From an uncultured virus (IMG/VR IMGVR_UViG_3300032038_000013) (Duplodnaviria; Heunggongvirae; Uroviricota; Caudoviricetes), in IMG/VR virus record IMGVR_UViG_3300032038_000013: DNA of 64,000 bases. One strand, written 5' to 3'. The notes beneath the pieces are model-generated. The model searched no databases and was not told the origin of the DNA. It saw nothing but the letters and a program-made list of their open reading frames with translations. The stretch's first letter is position 1. Every line of letters starts with the position of its first letter. Shown here one piece after another: positions 44,876-56,397 of the stretch. Made by a program: the position numbers and the translations under genes.

Positions 44876-45097
44876 TACTATATTAATAAATAAATATATC
44901 TTAACAAATTATGATAGTTTGGCCAGTATATGTATATTTAGCAATCCAATTGTTTGGATTAGGAGTTTCAATTGCAAAACATGGTGAATATGTAAAAGTT
45001 AATTTTTGGTCAATTATATTATCGTCAGCTTTTACATGGTTCTTACTTTACAAAGGTGGCTTCTTTGATGTATTGATTAAATAAATTATAATATATT

Positions 45098-45367
45098 ATG
45101 AAAAGTGGAAGTAAATTAATTTCAGAAGAACGCTCACGTCAAATTACAAAAGAAGGTTGGTCTGCTGAACATGACAAAGAACATGATGTAATGGAATTTG
45201 TTAGAGCAGCACAAGCATATTTAATGATTGATAAAGACAATATTACTCGTGCAGGCGTGTGGCCATGGACAGGTGGATTTTTTAAACCAAAAGATGCAAT
45301 AAAAGATTTGACAAGAGCAGGTGCATTAATTGCAGCAGCAATTGATAGATTACAAATGGATGAGTAA
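45098..45367 (+). CDS. Conserved phage protein (ER.RQI..EGW..EHD / WPW...FKP / AGALIAA.IDR type)
   Basis: Motifs of a widespread phage family; function not known to me. Confidence 0.75.
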   Translation: MKSGSKLISEERSRQITKEGWSAEHDKEHDVMEFVRAAQAYLMIDKDNITRAGVWPWTGGFFKPKDAIKDLTRAGALIAAAIDRLQMDE

Positions 45368-45428
45368 ATTTGAATATAATAAGTTTTATAAATTCAACTT
45401 ATGAATTTTGAATATTATATAAAAATTA

Positions 45429-45445
45429 CTATATTATATTTGTAA
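45429..45445 (+). promoter_or_regulatory. Promoter motif 4 nt upstream of the tRNA-like RNA
   Basis: CTATATTATATTTGTAA, identical to 24756. Confidence 0.7.
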
Positions 45446-45449
45446 CGAT

Positions 45450-45567
45450 GGAGTAGTGGCGCAATGGTAGACGCACGGAGGCATCCGATTCGCGGTTCGA
45501 GTCCGCAAGTAAGTAGGCATACTGAAACAAAGGAAAAGAATGAGGTGTTCGATTCCCTCCTACTCCA
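45450..45567 (+). ncRNA. tRNA-like RNA with two T-arms and no canonical anticodon arm
   Basis: Acceptor GGAGTAG/CTACTCC plus A; D-arm GCGCAATGGTAGACGC; T-loops TTCGAGT and TTCGATT. Confidence 0.75.
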
Positions 45568-46422
45568 CAAATTATTGATAAGATGAAATATAATATTATT
45601 TTCAAAGGTGCATCATATAAAAATAGATGTATTGAAGTTTATCTTCCGGAATATAAGCATTCACAATTTATATTGAAACATCCAGTAGGATCAAAATATC
45701 TTTTTGGATTTACTTCTGATGAATTTTGGAGATCACATCCTGATTTAGAAAAAGAAGTACGAAAAATATGTTTCGATATTGCATTTAAACACCTTAGTTT
45801 TGTTGTAGGCTGGGATTTTAGAGAAGAACATAATGATTATAATTGGTGGAGTTATGCTGTTAAAGAATGGAAAGATGAAGGTTATATTACTGTAACTGAT
45901 GAACAATTTAATATTGCTTTGAAATCTTTTTATAATAAATATGTAAGAGAAAAAGGTAAACGTGTTTTTAAATTTATAGAACAATGAATTATAATGGTTT
46001 AACTTTCACAATAGTTTTTGTAACTTGTATTGTTATTGCACTTATACAATGTTATCAATGTGAGAAACGACATGCAATTGAATATAATGCAAAAAGACCT
46101 GAAAATATTTTAGTTGAATTACGAGCTTATAAAGATACTTATGGAATTACAGATAAAAATTTTACTGATGATTTACCTTATCATTTAGAATATAAAACTA
46201 AAGATGATAAATATTGGAAACCAATCAGAATGTTTCAAGATTTAATTCCTGGAACAAATAAGTATTCAGTATCACAAATTGTAATTAAAGATAAAAAAGA
46301 TTTAGAAAATTGGAAGCAAAAATTTAAAACATTACAAGATGTAAATGATTTCAAAAAAACACAAGACGAATTAATGAAGTTGTGGGAAGAAAAAGAAACA
46401 GATAAAAATTGTATATATTAAT

Positions 46423-47082
46423 ATGAAATATCCAAGAACATATCATTTACCATATTCACCTGGGGCTACTAAAGATGACAAGAAGCTCCAGGATGATTGG
46501 TTTAAATACTATCAAGGAAAAGAAATAGTAATAACTGAAAAACTTGATGGTGAAAATATTCATATGAATCAAAAGGACTGTTATGCAAGATCTGATGGTG
46601 CTCCTACACGTTCTCCATGGTCAAGAAATATATGGGATCCTAATGATGGCTTATATTGGAGAATCAAATCTTTAATTGGTTCTAATGAAACATTATTTGG
46701 AGAAAACTTATATGGTGAACATTCAATTCATTATGATAAATTACCTTCATATTTTCATTTATTTGCAGTTAGTACAGAATCTGTATGGGAAAGCTGGCAA
46801 TCTGTTAAATTGTTCGGTGCTATTCTTGGGGTAAAAACTGTACCTGAATTATGGAGAGGTGTTGTTGCTGATGAAAATAGTTTAAAGACATTAGTAGATT
46901 TTTATACAAAAGAACCATCAATATATGGAGATACTCGTGAAGGTGTTGTTATACGAGTAACGAGTTCATTTCCTCTTGATGATTTCAAACATTATGTTTG
47001 TAAATGGGTTAGACCTAATCATGTTCAAACAGATGAACATTGGACAAAGAATTGGAAACGTGCTGAATTGAATTATGAATGA
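46423..47082 (+). CDS. ATP-dependent RNA ligase family protein
   Basis: KYPRTYHLP.SPG, TEKLDGEN (KxDG), FGENLY, EGVVIR, KWVR. Confidence 0.85.
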   Translation: MKYPRTYHLPYSPGATKDDKKLQDDWFKYYQGKEIVITEKLDGENIHMNQKDCYARSDGAPTRSPWSRNIWDPNDGLYWRIKSLIGSNETLFGENLYGEHSIHYDKLPSYFHLFAVSTESVWESWQSVKLFGAILGVKTVPELWRGVVADENSLKTLVDFYTKEPSIYGDTREGVVIRVTSSFPLDDFKHYVCKWVRPNHVQTDEHWTKNWKRAELNYE

Positions 47083-50000
47083 TTATTTATTTAATAAAAT
47101 CAAGAAGATTGCAATTTCTTATGGAATAACTTCAGATGTTTGGTGTAGAAAAGAATTAGCAAAATGGGAACATTATGATTCTTGGTCAGATAAATTTAAT
47201 TTTGATAAATTTATAAGAAATGATTGTAAAACTGAACAAGCATTTACAAATCATTATGGAATGGATTATGATGAAACTATGAGGAGAATTAAAGCTAGAC
47301 AAAGAATGAAATTAAATCATTAATAATATGATTAGACCTTTTGAAGAAGTAGATAAAGATTGGACATTTTTTGATTGGGATGAATGGTCAAATGTTCGGA
47401 GAAAAATAGGGGAAGATAAATTTGAAGAAATTAAAGATGATCTTTATGAAATTATTAAACATGTTTATGGTGTAGGCTTTGATGAAGGTTTTACTGATGC
47501 ACGTCATTGTTGGTACAAATATATGGATATAGCCAGAAAATATGTATTAAAATTTTATAAAGGAGTAATGAAAGAAAATAAGAACACTACTGATGATATA
47601 TCTGATTTTGTAACAAAGATGATATGTTTAGATGCTGATAATATAATAATGAAAAATAATTAAAAATATTTAAAATAAATATGACAACAAATAATAAAGA
47701 TATGACATTAGAAGAAGCGCTTGGCTTGGTGGAAGAAGTAAAAAATTGTTCTCTTCCTTGGGATGATGCACATTGGGATGCATTAGGTATAGTAATTGAT
47801 TATGTCAAAAATAATTTAAATAAAGAAGATAAATAATATTATGACATTTGAAGAGTGGAAAAGAAAAAAACATGAAGAGTCGGGTGGTCTTAGTTATTGG
47901 GCTAAAATACCTGATGAATATCTGCATCCTCGCGAATATGGTGATAGCTCATTTGACTATGTTGCTGATGATGATGATTAACATCCATAATTATGACATT
48001 AAAAGACATATATAATTAAAATAATTATATGGATATTAAAGAAAGAATACAAAATATTAAGACATTATTAAGTTATTGTCCATGTTCAACAAAAGATGTT
48101 ATGCTATATGACGAAACACTTGCTGATTATTTTTACAAATTTTTCAATAATGACAGTAGATTTATACACTGTAAATGCCCAGGAAAGATATATGCACAAA
48201 TAGCATTAGCAAAACATGTTTTGACTCGTGATGAAAATGATAATGTGATTGATGAATATCCTATACGAATTTCATATTGTTATGATTGGGATAGGGATGG
48301 AGAAGATTGGACATCTTATTATTTTGATGAAGAAATATTAAGAAATAATTGGATGTTTAAGGATGATATGTATTCTAAAGATATTATAAAATTTGAAGAA
48401 TTTCCAGACGATATTTGGGAAAGAATACAAAATATCCTTTACGATAAAGCAACAGAAACAATAAGCAAAGAATTAGAATCTGCTAGATCTTCCGTTAAAT
48501 ACTGGGAAGAAAAGAAAGACGAATTTGATAATAAATTAAATTTACATACATAATTATGAGAGTTACAAATATTAAAGACTTATTAGGATTTGACCCTGAG
48601 AAAGTACTTAAATCTTATGACAAAAAGGTAAGTGATTATTACATATTATGGGTAACTAATATTTTTCTTGATAAAGACAAAAATAAATACAAGAATACTA
48701 AACCATTACCTTGTGTTATAAAATACGGATCTCGTTGGAGAGATGACGATACTAATTTTTGTTTGATTACTACAGAGAAAGATATTTGGTCAGAATATTA
48801 TAGATATAACTGTATTGATAAAATTGATGAAATTTTATCAAATGGAGAAGCGCTTGATAGAGGCAGTCTTACATATAAACATAAGTTCCCGTATTTAAGA
48901 TTATTTACAACAAAAAAGGAAGCTTATGAATATATTGATAATTACAGAAAACAAAATGATATAACAAAACATAAAGAAAAACTTTCTCGTATAACTGCTG
49001 ATATTGAAATATTAATGAAAGAAAAAGAACATCTTGAAAATTTAATTGCAACATATGAAACTCAAACAAAAAATATTAAGAATACTTGAATTAATTATTA
49101 CATTTGGATTAGCTGATTGGCTTAAAGAAAATGATCAACATCTTGCTAAAGAATTTTTAGAAAAGGAAAAAAAGTTACACAACAAAATGTATTGTTGTGG
49201 AGATCCATCTCCAGGATCATCTGATGAAAGAATATTGTTTGATTTAGCTGAAAGAGATTATCTTAATAATCCAGATGAATGGGATGAATATTACAAATTA
49301 AAAGAACAAGAAGAAAATGAAAGTAACAATTGATAATGTTGATGATATTAAATTCATTTATGATTTTAAAAATCGAAGTCTTAAAGAATCAAAAAATTTG
49401 TTAATATCACTATTAATTGATATTGCAGGTATGAATGCATTATTAATAAATGATAATAAAAGTAACAAGCAAATTTTTATTGATTATGAAAATGAACATA
49501 CTGAATATTCTCCAGAAAGAACAGACCCATGTCCAGATTATTATGGAACATTTACATTAAGGTTTGAAAATGATCCATCAGAAAAAATTGGACCTAATAT
49601 GGATCTTGATGATTTAGATACTATGATATGTGGATTATATAATTTTATTGAATTTCAACCGAAATAAATATTAAGAATTTTCTATATTGTTATAAATAGA
49701 TATAATATATTATGACATGCGGAGAATTCTTAAAAGCATTACAAGATAATCCAGATAAAGAATTAGTATTTGAAAAATTAATGGAACCTGTAAGAGAAGG
49801 CTCAAGCTGTAGACTAATACAAAAATTTGATAATTTGGATATTAAATCTAATGAATTTGAATTAATTATAGAATGTAATCCTTATAAATAATATGGGAAG
49901 AATAATAACTGAAGCAGAAGCTTTACGTATTGCACGACAATATGGACTTGAAAATGAAGTTGCCGATTGTATTCATAAGCAATTTATGGATCCTTGGGAT

Positions 50001-50528
50001 GCTTTATATGAATGGGATTTATTAAGTCCTGAAGATTTCAACGATAATGTTGATGAATCAGGAGCAGAACAATTTGTTGAAACAGAATATACATGTTATG
50101 ACTAACGAAAAATTAAAAGAATTAGGTTGGAATTTTGATGAATTTTGGAATAACCGAGCATTTTATTCATTAAGTAAAGAATCAAAGTTTGCAATATATG
50201 AACATGGTGGGTGGGGAATAATGGACCCATTTACAAAAGAATTTAAATTGATTTATTGTGATTTGACTGATGAAGAAATTGAAAAATATACAGAGTTAGT
50301 CAAATCATATGAGGATATTGTAAGACATCCTAAAGATAATAGTTTATATGATTATGCTACTGCAGTTGAAAAACTTAATGATTTTATAAATGAAATGAAG
50401 AAACGTGGATAATATGAATAGAAGTTCATGTTTTATTGTAGGTGCTGAAACTGCAGAATATTTACAAAAATTAATGTACGAAGCAGATTTAGAAGCATAT
50501 AAAAAATCAAAAAGAAAGAAAAAGAAGC

Positions 50529-50987
50529 ATGGAAAATAATTGGATTTATATAGGTATATTTCTTGATGATAAATCAAAAAAACTATTAAAGAAATTATAT
50601 CCGCTACCTAAATGGTGGAAAGAATATTATGATCATATGACAGTTGTATTTAATGATAATACAAAATTAGCAAATGACATAAAATTGATTAATGAGCATA
50701 ATATTGGTAAAAAATTCAAACTTAAACTTGTAGGACCTGGTATATCTGATAAAGCATATGCAGTACAAGTTGAACTTCCAAAAGGTCTTGTTTGTGCAAA
50801 TAAAATTACTCATATTACAATGGGTGTTGCTCCTATAGATGGTGCAAATCCAGTAGATAGTAATTATATAACAAATTGGTCAAAAGTTTATGATAATGTA
50901 TATTTAACTGGTGAAATGAAAGTATATGTTCCATTAACAAATGGAGTTTTAATGAATACAAAAGTTGATGAAGCAAATATTTATTGA
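50529..50987 (+). CDS. 2H phosphoesterase (cyclic phosphodiesterase)
   Basis: Two HxT motifs: DHMTVV and THITMG. Confidence 0.75.
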   Translation: MENNWIYIGIFLDDKSKKLLKKLYPLPKWWKEYYDHMTVVFNDNTKLANDIKLINEHNIGKKFKLKLVGPGISDKAYAVQVELPKGLVCANKITHITMGVAPIDGANPVDSNYITNWSKVYDNVYLTGEMKVYVPLTNGVLMNTKVDEANIY

Positions 50988-51264
50988 TTATGAATAAAGA
51001 AATATTAAATAAAATACAATCTGAACAAGATTATCCTGTAAGAATTACTTTTGAAGTAATTTGTGATTCAGATACAAGTATGCAGGAAGGAGAATCGATT
51101 AAAGAACGTATATTAGGTTATATTGACCAATGCACTGATGCAATGGATGATTCAATGAGACATTGGGGAGATCATAGTCATGATATTGAACCAATGAAAG
51201 TTGAATTATATGATGAGGATGAAAATTTAATTGATGTAACTGATGATGTATTTGATGAATAACT

Positions 51265-51402
51265 ATGAAACATTTTCAAGATGAAGATCCTGAGGATTGG
51301 GAAGGATCATTAGTATTTAGACATTGGAGAGAAGATGAAGAAGATGACAACTCTGATGATTATGATGGTTCTTTAGTATTTAGACATTGGAGGGAAAATT
51401 AA
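51265..51402 (+). CDS. 45-aa acidic peptide with duplicated GSLVFRHWRE motif
   Basis: Manually translated; fills the gap between two genes. Confidence 0.6.
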   Translation: MKHFQDEDPEDWEGSLVFRHWREDEEDDNSDDYDGSLVFRHWREN

Positions 51403-51404
51403 TT

Positions 51405-51986
51405 ATGAAAGATACAACAAAAAAGAAATTATTGCAAATAATTTGGGATGAATGTACATTCGATGAAATTATTGATGCAGGACTTGATTTAAACAAATGC
51501 TCATCATTAGATATAATTAATGCTGCATCTGAATATGAAGATCCTGAAAAATCAGCTCTTGAAGATATTATATCTGAATCATCAATTGAAGATGTAATGG
51601 AAGCAGTTAGATCAGAATTTACAATTGAAGATATTGTTGGTGAATTGGATAGAGACGATATTTTAGATTGTTTTGATAAAGATGATATATTATGGTATCT
51701 TGATGATTCATATGAATTAAGTAAACATGATGATGAAGTTAAAGAAGAATATTACCATGAGGTATATGAAGATATACTTAATGATTTAGAAAGTACATAT
51801 GATTTCAATTATAAAGAATTCATTCATGAAATTTGTAATGATTATTCATCTGATGATTATCATGAATTAATTTGTGATATACTTGGTGTTGGATATTATG
51901 ATAAAGATGGATTCAAAGAAAAAATGAAAGAGTTCATTGATAAATTAAATAAGAACAACTATGATATTAAATATGATAAAGACTAA
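51405..51986 (+). CDS. Highly acidic protein
   Basis: D/E-rich; likely start MKDTTKK. Confidence 0.75.
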   Translation: MKDTTKKKLLQIIWDECTFDEIIDAGLDLNKCSSLDIINAASEYEDPEKSALEDIISESSIEDVMEAVRSEFTIEDIVGELDRDDILDCFDKDDILWYLDDSYELSKHDDEVKEEYYHEVYEDILNDLESTYDFNYKEFIHEICNDYSSDDYHELICDILGVGYYDKDGFKEKMKEFIDKLNKNNYDIKYDKD

Positions 51987-52663
51987 GATATATATTCTGA
52001 TTTTATTTTTATTTACATTTGTTTCTTGTAATGGTATTTCACCAAATAATTCTAAAATACTTGGGCAAGATTCAACATTAGTTGGAAAATATAGAACTGA
52101 ATATATTATACATTACAATTCAAACTATAATGTAACAAAAGAAATTTATTCTGATAAAGAAATATATACTTGTTCATTTCAAGGAACAAACTTTTTGTTA
52201 GAAAAAGATAACACTGAGGAAATATTATCAACTACAGCACCAATTCAAATTATTAAATCTGAAATAGTAAAATGAAAGAAGACAAAATTACAAAAAGAAT
52301 TAAAGAACTTCAAAGTGATAGTAAATTTACTTTTAAGTTAACTGAACAAGTTATTGATTTGGTTTATAGAATCGCAGTTGAAGATTGTTCAAAGGAAAAG
52401 AAAGATCCTGATAAAGCATATAAGGGTGATGATGTTGTTGTAAAGTCATCTAAAGACTTAAATAAGAATTTTGGTTCAAAACGTAAACTTGGTGATACTG
52501 AAGCTGAATGGGAAAGAAAAGAAAAGGAAACAAAAATCAAATCTGAAACATATGCCGATGTTCTTAACTATATTGAAAATCATTCTGATTTAATGGATGT
52601 ATATATTTATGTTAAAGAAAAGGCAAAAGAATATTATGATACAAAAACACCAAATCGTAGAGG

Positions 52664-53041
52664 ATGTCCATAAAAAGATATAAAGAATATTACGAATGCG
52701 GAGATGGGTGGAGACCACTTATTAATAAAGCAAAACGTATATTAAGAAAATATAATTTGAAACATAAACATGATGCAGGCTTTGAAAAATTAGAATTTGT
52801 TCAAATTAAGGAAAAGTTTGGATTACTTGTTATGTACACAAATTATTATGTTCCACAAGTAGAAAGAGTATTACAGCAATTGCATTATGAATCTTGTGGA
52901 GTTTGTGAAATGTGTGGTTCAAGAAAAAATGTACATGTTCATGATGTTCATAGTTGGGAAATGACAAGATGCCAAAAATGCTTAAAGGAAGAAGAAGAAA
53001 TATATAAAAAACATTATAATGTGGGTAGCGAAGAATCCTGA
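52664..53041 (+). CDS. Conserved phage protein with QIKEKFG motif and CxxC zinc ribbon
   Basis: ECGDGW, QIKEKFG, CEMCG...CQKC. Confidence 0.7.
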   Translation: MSIKRYKEYYECGDGWRPLINKAKRILRKYNLKHKHDAGFEKLEFVQIKEKFGLLVMYTNYYVPQVERVLQQLHYESCGVCEMCGSRKNVHVHDVHSWEMTRCQKCLKEEEEIYKKHYNVGSEES

Positions 53042-55035
53042 TGGAAAATATCATTTGTTTAATGTTAAACCTGAATATGATGATTGGTATCGTGCTTGGG
53101 GAGAACCAGGATATAGAAAAGCAAATGATGAATTAACCGTACAATATTTGAATACTGAATATGAGGAAGTTACAGCTCAACAACTTGGTTTTGAAATGGA
53201 TTGGAGAGATGAACCAATTGAAGTTGAAACATTAATTAAGCTTAAACATCCTAACAAAGAACGTAAAGAACGTGTAGCAACAGATCGTCCGTTAAACAAA
53301 TATCTTGAACATCACGGAAGTCATTGTTGGTATTTTGATGGTTTTTATAATAATCATGCAGTAACAGAATGCATGGCACCTTGGTCTTTTATGTGTAAAG
53401 GAAATAAATTTGATTGTGGTAAACTTAAATATAAATGGCTTGCTTCTTTATCTGAAGAAAAGCGAAATACATGGTTAGAAGAACATGAAGGTTTGGTTAA
53501 ATAATTTGAAAGAAGGCGATATATTTTATCATATATTATTAGATAGAGTTTGTAAATGCAAACATCTGGGTGATGCACATAATATGAATTTTAAAATGTC
53601 AAGAATTAAATTTGAAATTCTTGATGATGAAACAATATTTAATGAAGATTTATTAGGTAATGTGCATGAAGCATTTGTTAATCAATATGTATATGATAAT
53701 TATAAAGATGCTAAAGATGCATGTATTGAAGAAATAAAAACAGAAATTAAAAATACTGAAGAATCTATATTAAAATATAAAATTGCAATTGCAAATTTAG
53801 AAGCAATGGAACAATCATTAAAAGATAAATTAAATAATTATGAGCGAACAAATAATTAAAAAGATTAAACAGAATCCAAATCTTGTAAAATTTTGTAATC
53901 GTATATTAAATTATAATGCTATATTTGAAAATGAAACAACAAGATGTATGTTTCTTGTTTCTTTAATAAGTGCAGATAGTTTAACTGATGAACAAGCTTG
54001 TGATGAAACAATTGAAGTTGCAAATTTTATTTTAAATCACATAAATTTATTTATTCTTGAAGATAATATAAAAAAGGATATTATATCTAAAATGAAGTCA
54101 GCAATAAAAATTGCGAAACGAGATAAAAAAGAATTTTTTATAAAAAAAGTTGAAAAGATTATAAATAATGGTTAACAAAGATATATTCAATCAATCATTG
54201 CTTGATGCAATAAATAAAGATTATGAAAATAATATAACAACATCAACAGGACATAAAGTAACTTATGAAACAAAAATTTGATGATATAGATGAAATAGAA
54301 TGGTGTGATTACCCTTATTTAGGAATTGGTAGAAAACCAATATCCAAGAAAAAGCATGTACCAACATGTGAACAACTTGAAAGAGTAATAGCAGGTTAAA
54401 TTATGGATAAAGTATTTGAATTAGTTTATAAATCAGGTCCTCATGGTGATTGTTGTTCATCATATACACTTAAATTTTATGGGGAACCAACATTGAGAGA
54501 ATTTATTCAACAAGTTCTTGAACAATGCAAGGATGAGTGGGGAGAATTTTATATTCATTATGATGACGCAAGTGCTCCTGAATATGCAACAGTAGATGAA
54601 CGTGAACGTGAAATTACTATTGATTATAAATACGGTCATATAATCAAAACATATGATGGTAATAGATATGATAAATCTTTAACTCCATCAGTTGGATTTT
54701 CAGACCTTGTTAATCAAATATTAGACAAGAAACTTAATATAAATTGGAAAGGCAACTACGCAAATGGTGGTTGGTCTTCAATGTCATATTGGATAAAAGT
54801 AATTAGTTAATTATGAAAAAATTTATATTTATAATTTTATTGTTTATATTTATAAGTTGTAATCCTCATTCAGATCCTAATTTAGTATATCATGGTCATG
54901 ACTGGGTTGTTAAAAAACTTAACGATACTGTAGTAATTTGTATTCCTACACAAGGTGATTTACTTGGACGTCAACCAAATAAACCGTATATAATTAATAT
55001 TAAAGATTTTTCACAATCAGAATTTAGAAAATAAT

Positions 55036-55563
55036 ATGAAAATAACAGATGAATACGTCTTTTTCTATAAAGACTGGTTAAGCAATTATCAAAAAACAAA
55101 TTTTACTGTTGAATGGAAAGGTACAACATATACATTCTCATCAACAGAAAAAGGTTTTATGTATATTAAAGCAATAACATTTGGAGATTCAGTTACTGCT
55201 TCAAAAATTATGAAGACTGATGACCCAAATCAATGTCGTAAACTTGGTCGTCAAGTAAAAGGATATAAAGATAGTGAATGGGAAAAAATTCGCTATGATG
55301 TATTCTATACTTTGAACTGGGCTAAATATACTCAAGACAAAGAACTTCAAAAGAAATTATTAGATCCTAAATTTGATGGTAAGAAATTTGTTGAAGCATC
55401 TCCTATTGACAAAATATGGGGTATAGGATATGCAGAAAATAATCCAAATATTGAATATGCTCAAATATATTGGGGAAAGAATTATCTTGGTCGTATTTTG
55501 ACAAATATTCGTAAAAGATTAAAAGCCGCAAATGGTTCTGATGATTGGAACATATATTCATAA
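55036..55563 (+). CDS. NADAR family protein
   Basis: E..FM..KA..FGD, KLGRQVK, VEASP.D.IWGIG, WGKNYLG..L. Confidence 0.9.
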   Translation: MKITDEYVFFYKDWLSNYQKTNFTVEWKGTTYTFSSTEKGFMYIKAITFGDSVTASKIMKTDDPNQCRKLGRQVKGYKDSEWEKIRYDVFYTLNWAKYTQDKELQKKLLDPKFDGKKFVEASPIDKIWGIGYAENNPNIEYAQIYWGKNYLGRILTNIRKRLKAANGSDDWNIYS

Positions 55564-55665
55564 TACATTTATAATCTATTAAGAAATTTTTTTGTTAATT
55601 TTTGTAATTAATTAACATTTTTTTACTATTTTTAATAGATTATAAATATATTTGTTTAATCATCA

Positions 55666-56337
55666 ATGAAGAAATTTAAATTATTTCTTATGATTGCTTT
55701 ATTTGCATTGGTACTTGGATTTAGTTCATGTACAGGTTGCAAAGGTGGAGCAACAGAAGAAGCTACACTTGGTGACAGCACAGAAGTTGTAGTTAAAGAT
55801 TCAACAGCTGCATTAAATGTTGAAGCTGCAATTGCTATGGATAGACAAGCAATGTACTTGAAGAGTAATGGTGATTACCGTTGGTTTGAAACTGAAATTC
55901 TTCTTCCAGAATTTATGGATGCAGATAATGCAACAAGTGATCCTGTAATGATTGTAAACATTTTCCAAAAGGTTATTGAAAGAGGAAATGGTTTTGATAC
56001 TTATGTATATAAGTTCCAACATTTTAACGATGGTACAGTACTTACAGACTCTGTTGCTGGATTCTGGGTTGAAAATTGGCCTTTAGAAGATAAAGCAATT
56101 AAACTTAAGTACACAGAAGCTTGGGATAAAGTCATGGCAGTTAATTTCCCTAAGCCTCATTCAAAGCATGTTACTTTAAGAAATCCTATTGGTCCTATTA
56201 CAGTTAATACACAATGGATTTTTGGTAATATTCATGAACAAATTTGGGTAGATGCAGTTACTGGAGAATGTAAAAATTCAAATCCTGCATTTCCAAAAGA
56301 AAAAGGATTTAAGATGCCATTAGGAGAATGGCCTTAA
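55666..56337 (+). CDS. Lipoprotein
   Basis: MKK, hydrophobic core and FSSC lipobox. Confidence 0.75.
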   Translation: MKKFKLFLMIALFALVLGFSSCTGCKGGATEEATLGDSTEVVVKDSTAALNVEAAIAMDRQAMYLKSNGDYRWFETEILLPEFMDADNATSDPVMIVNIFQKVIERGNGFDTYVYKFQHFNDGTVLTDSVAGFWVENWPLEDKAIKLKYTEAWDKVMAVNFPKPHSKHVTLRNPIGPITVNTQWIFGNIHEQIWVDAVTGECKNSNPAFPKEKGFKMPLGEWP

Positions 56338-56364
56338 TAGAAAACATTCTAAAATTAAATTAAT

Positions 56365-56394
56365 AGAATAGCAAGCTTATAAGCTTGCTATTCT
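56365..56394. terminator. Bidirectional terminator between convergent genes
   Basis: 30-bp perfect palindrome agaatagcaagcttataagcttgctattct. Confidence 0.85.
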
Positions 56395-56397
56395 TGT

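Larger units (their letters stand above)
39739..55034 (+). other. Long co-oriented accessory/early region with about 40 small genes, mostly hypothetical
   Basis: Tightly packed plus-strand ORFs with taattATG or ATGA junctions. Confidence 0.8.

Noticed and set aside
45450..45567. Canonical tRNA-Cys (GCA) or tmRNA
   Set aside because: The GGCA loop has 4 nt and lacks U33; too short for tmRNA, with no Ala-type G3:U70 pair or tag ORF
19533..51986. Other MKD-starting genes (19533, 43971, 51405) as leader-bearing
   Set aside because: They lack the hydrophobic pair and the Glu at positions 9-11
8313..55650. TATAAATA T4 late promoters at several intergenic sites
   Set aside because: Expected by chance at this AT content; cannot be supported without statistics
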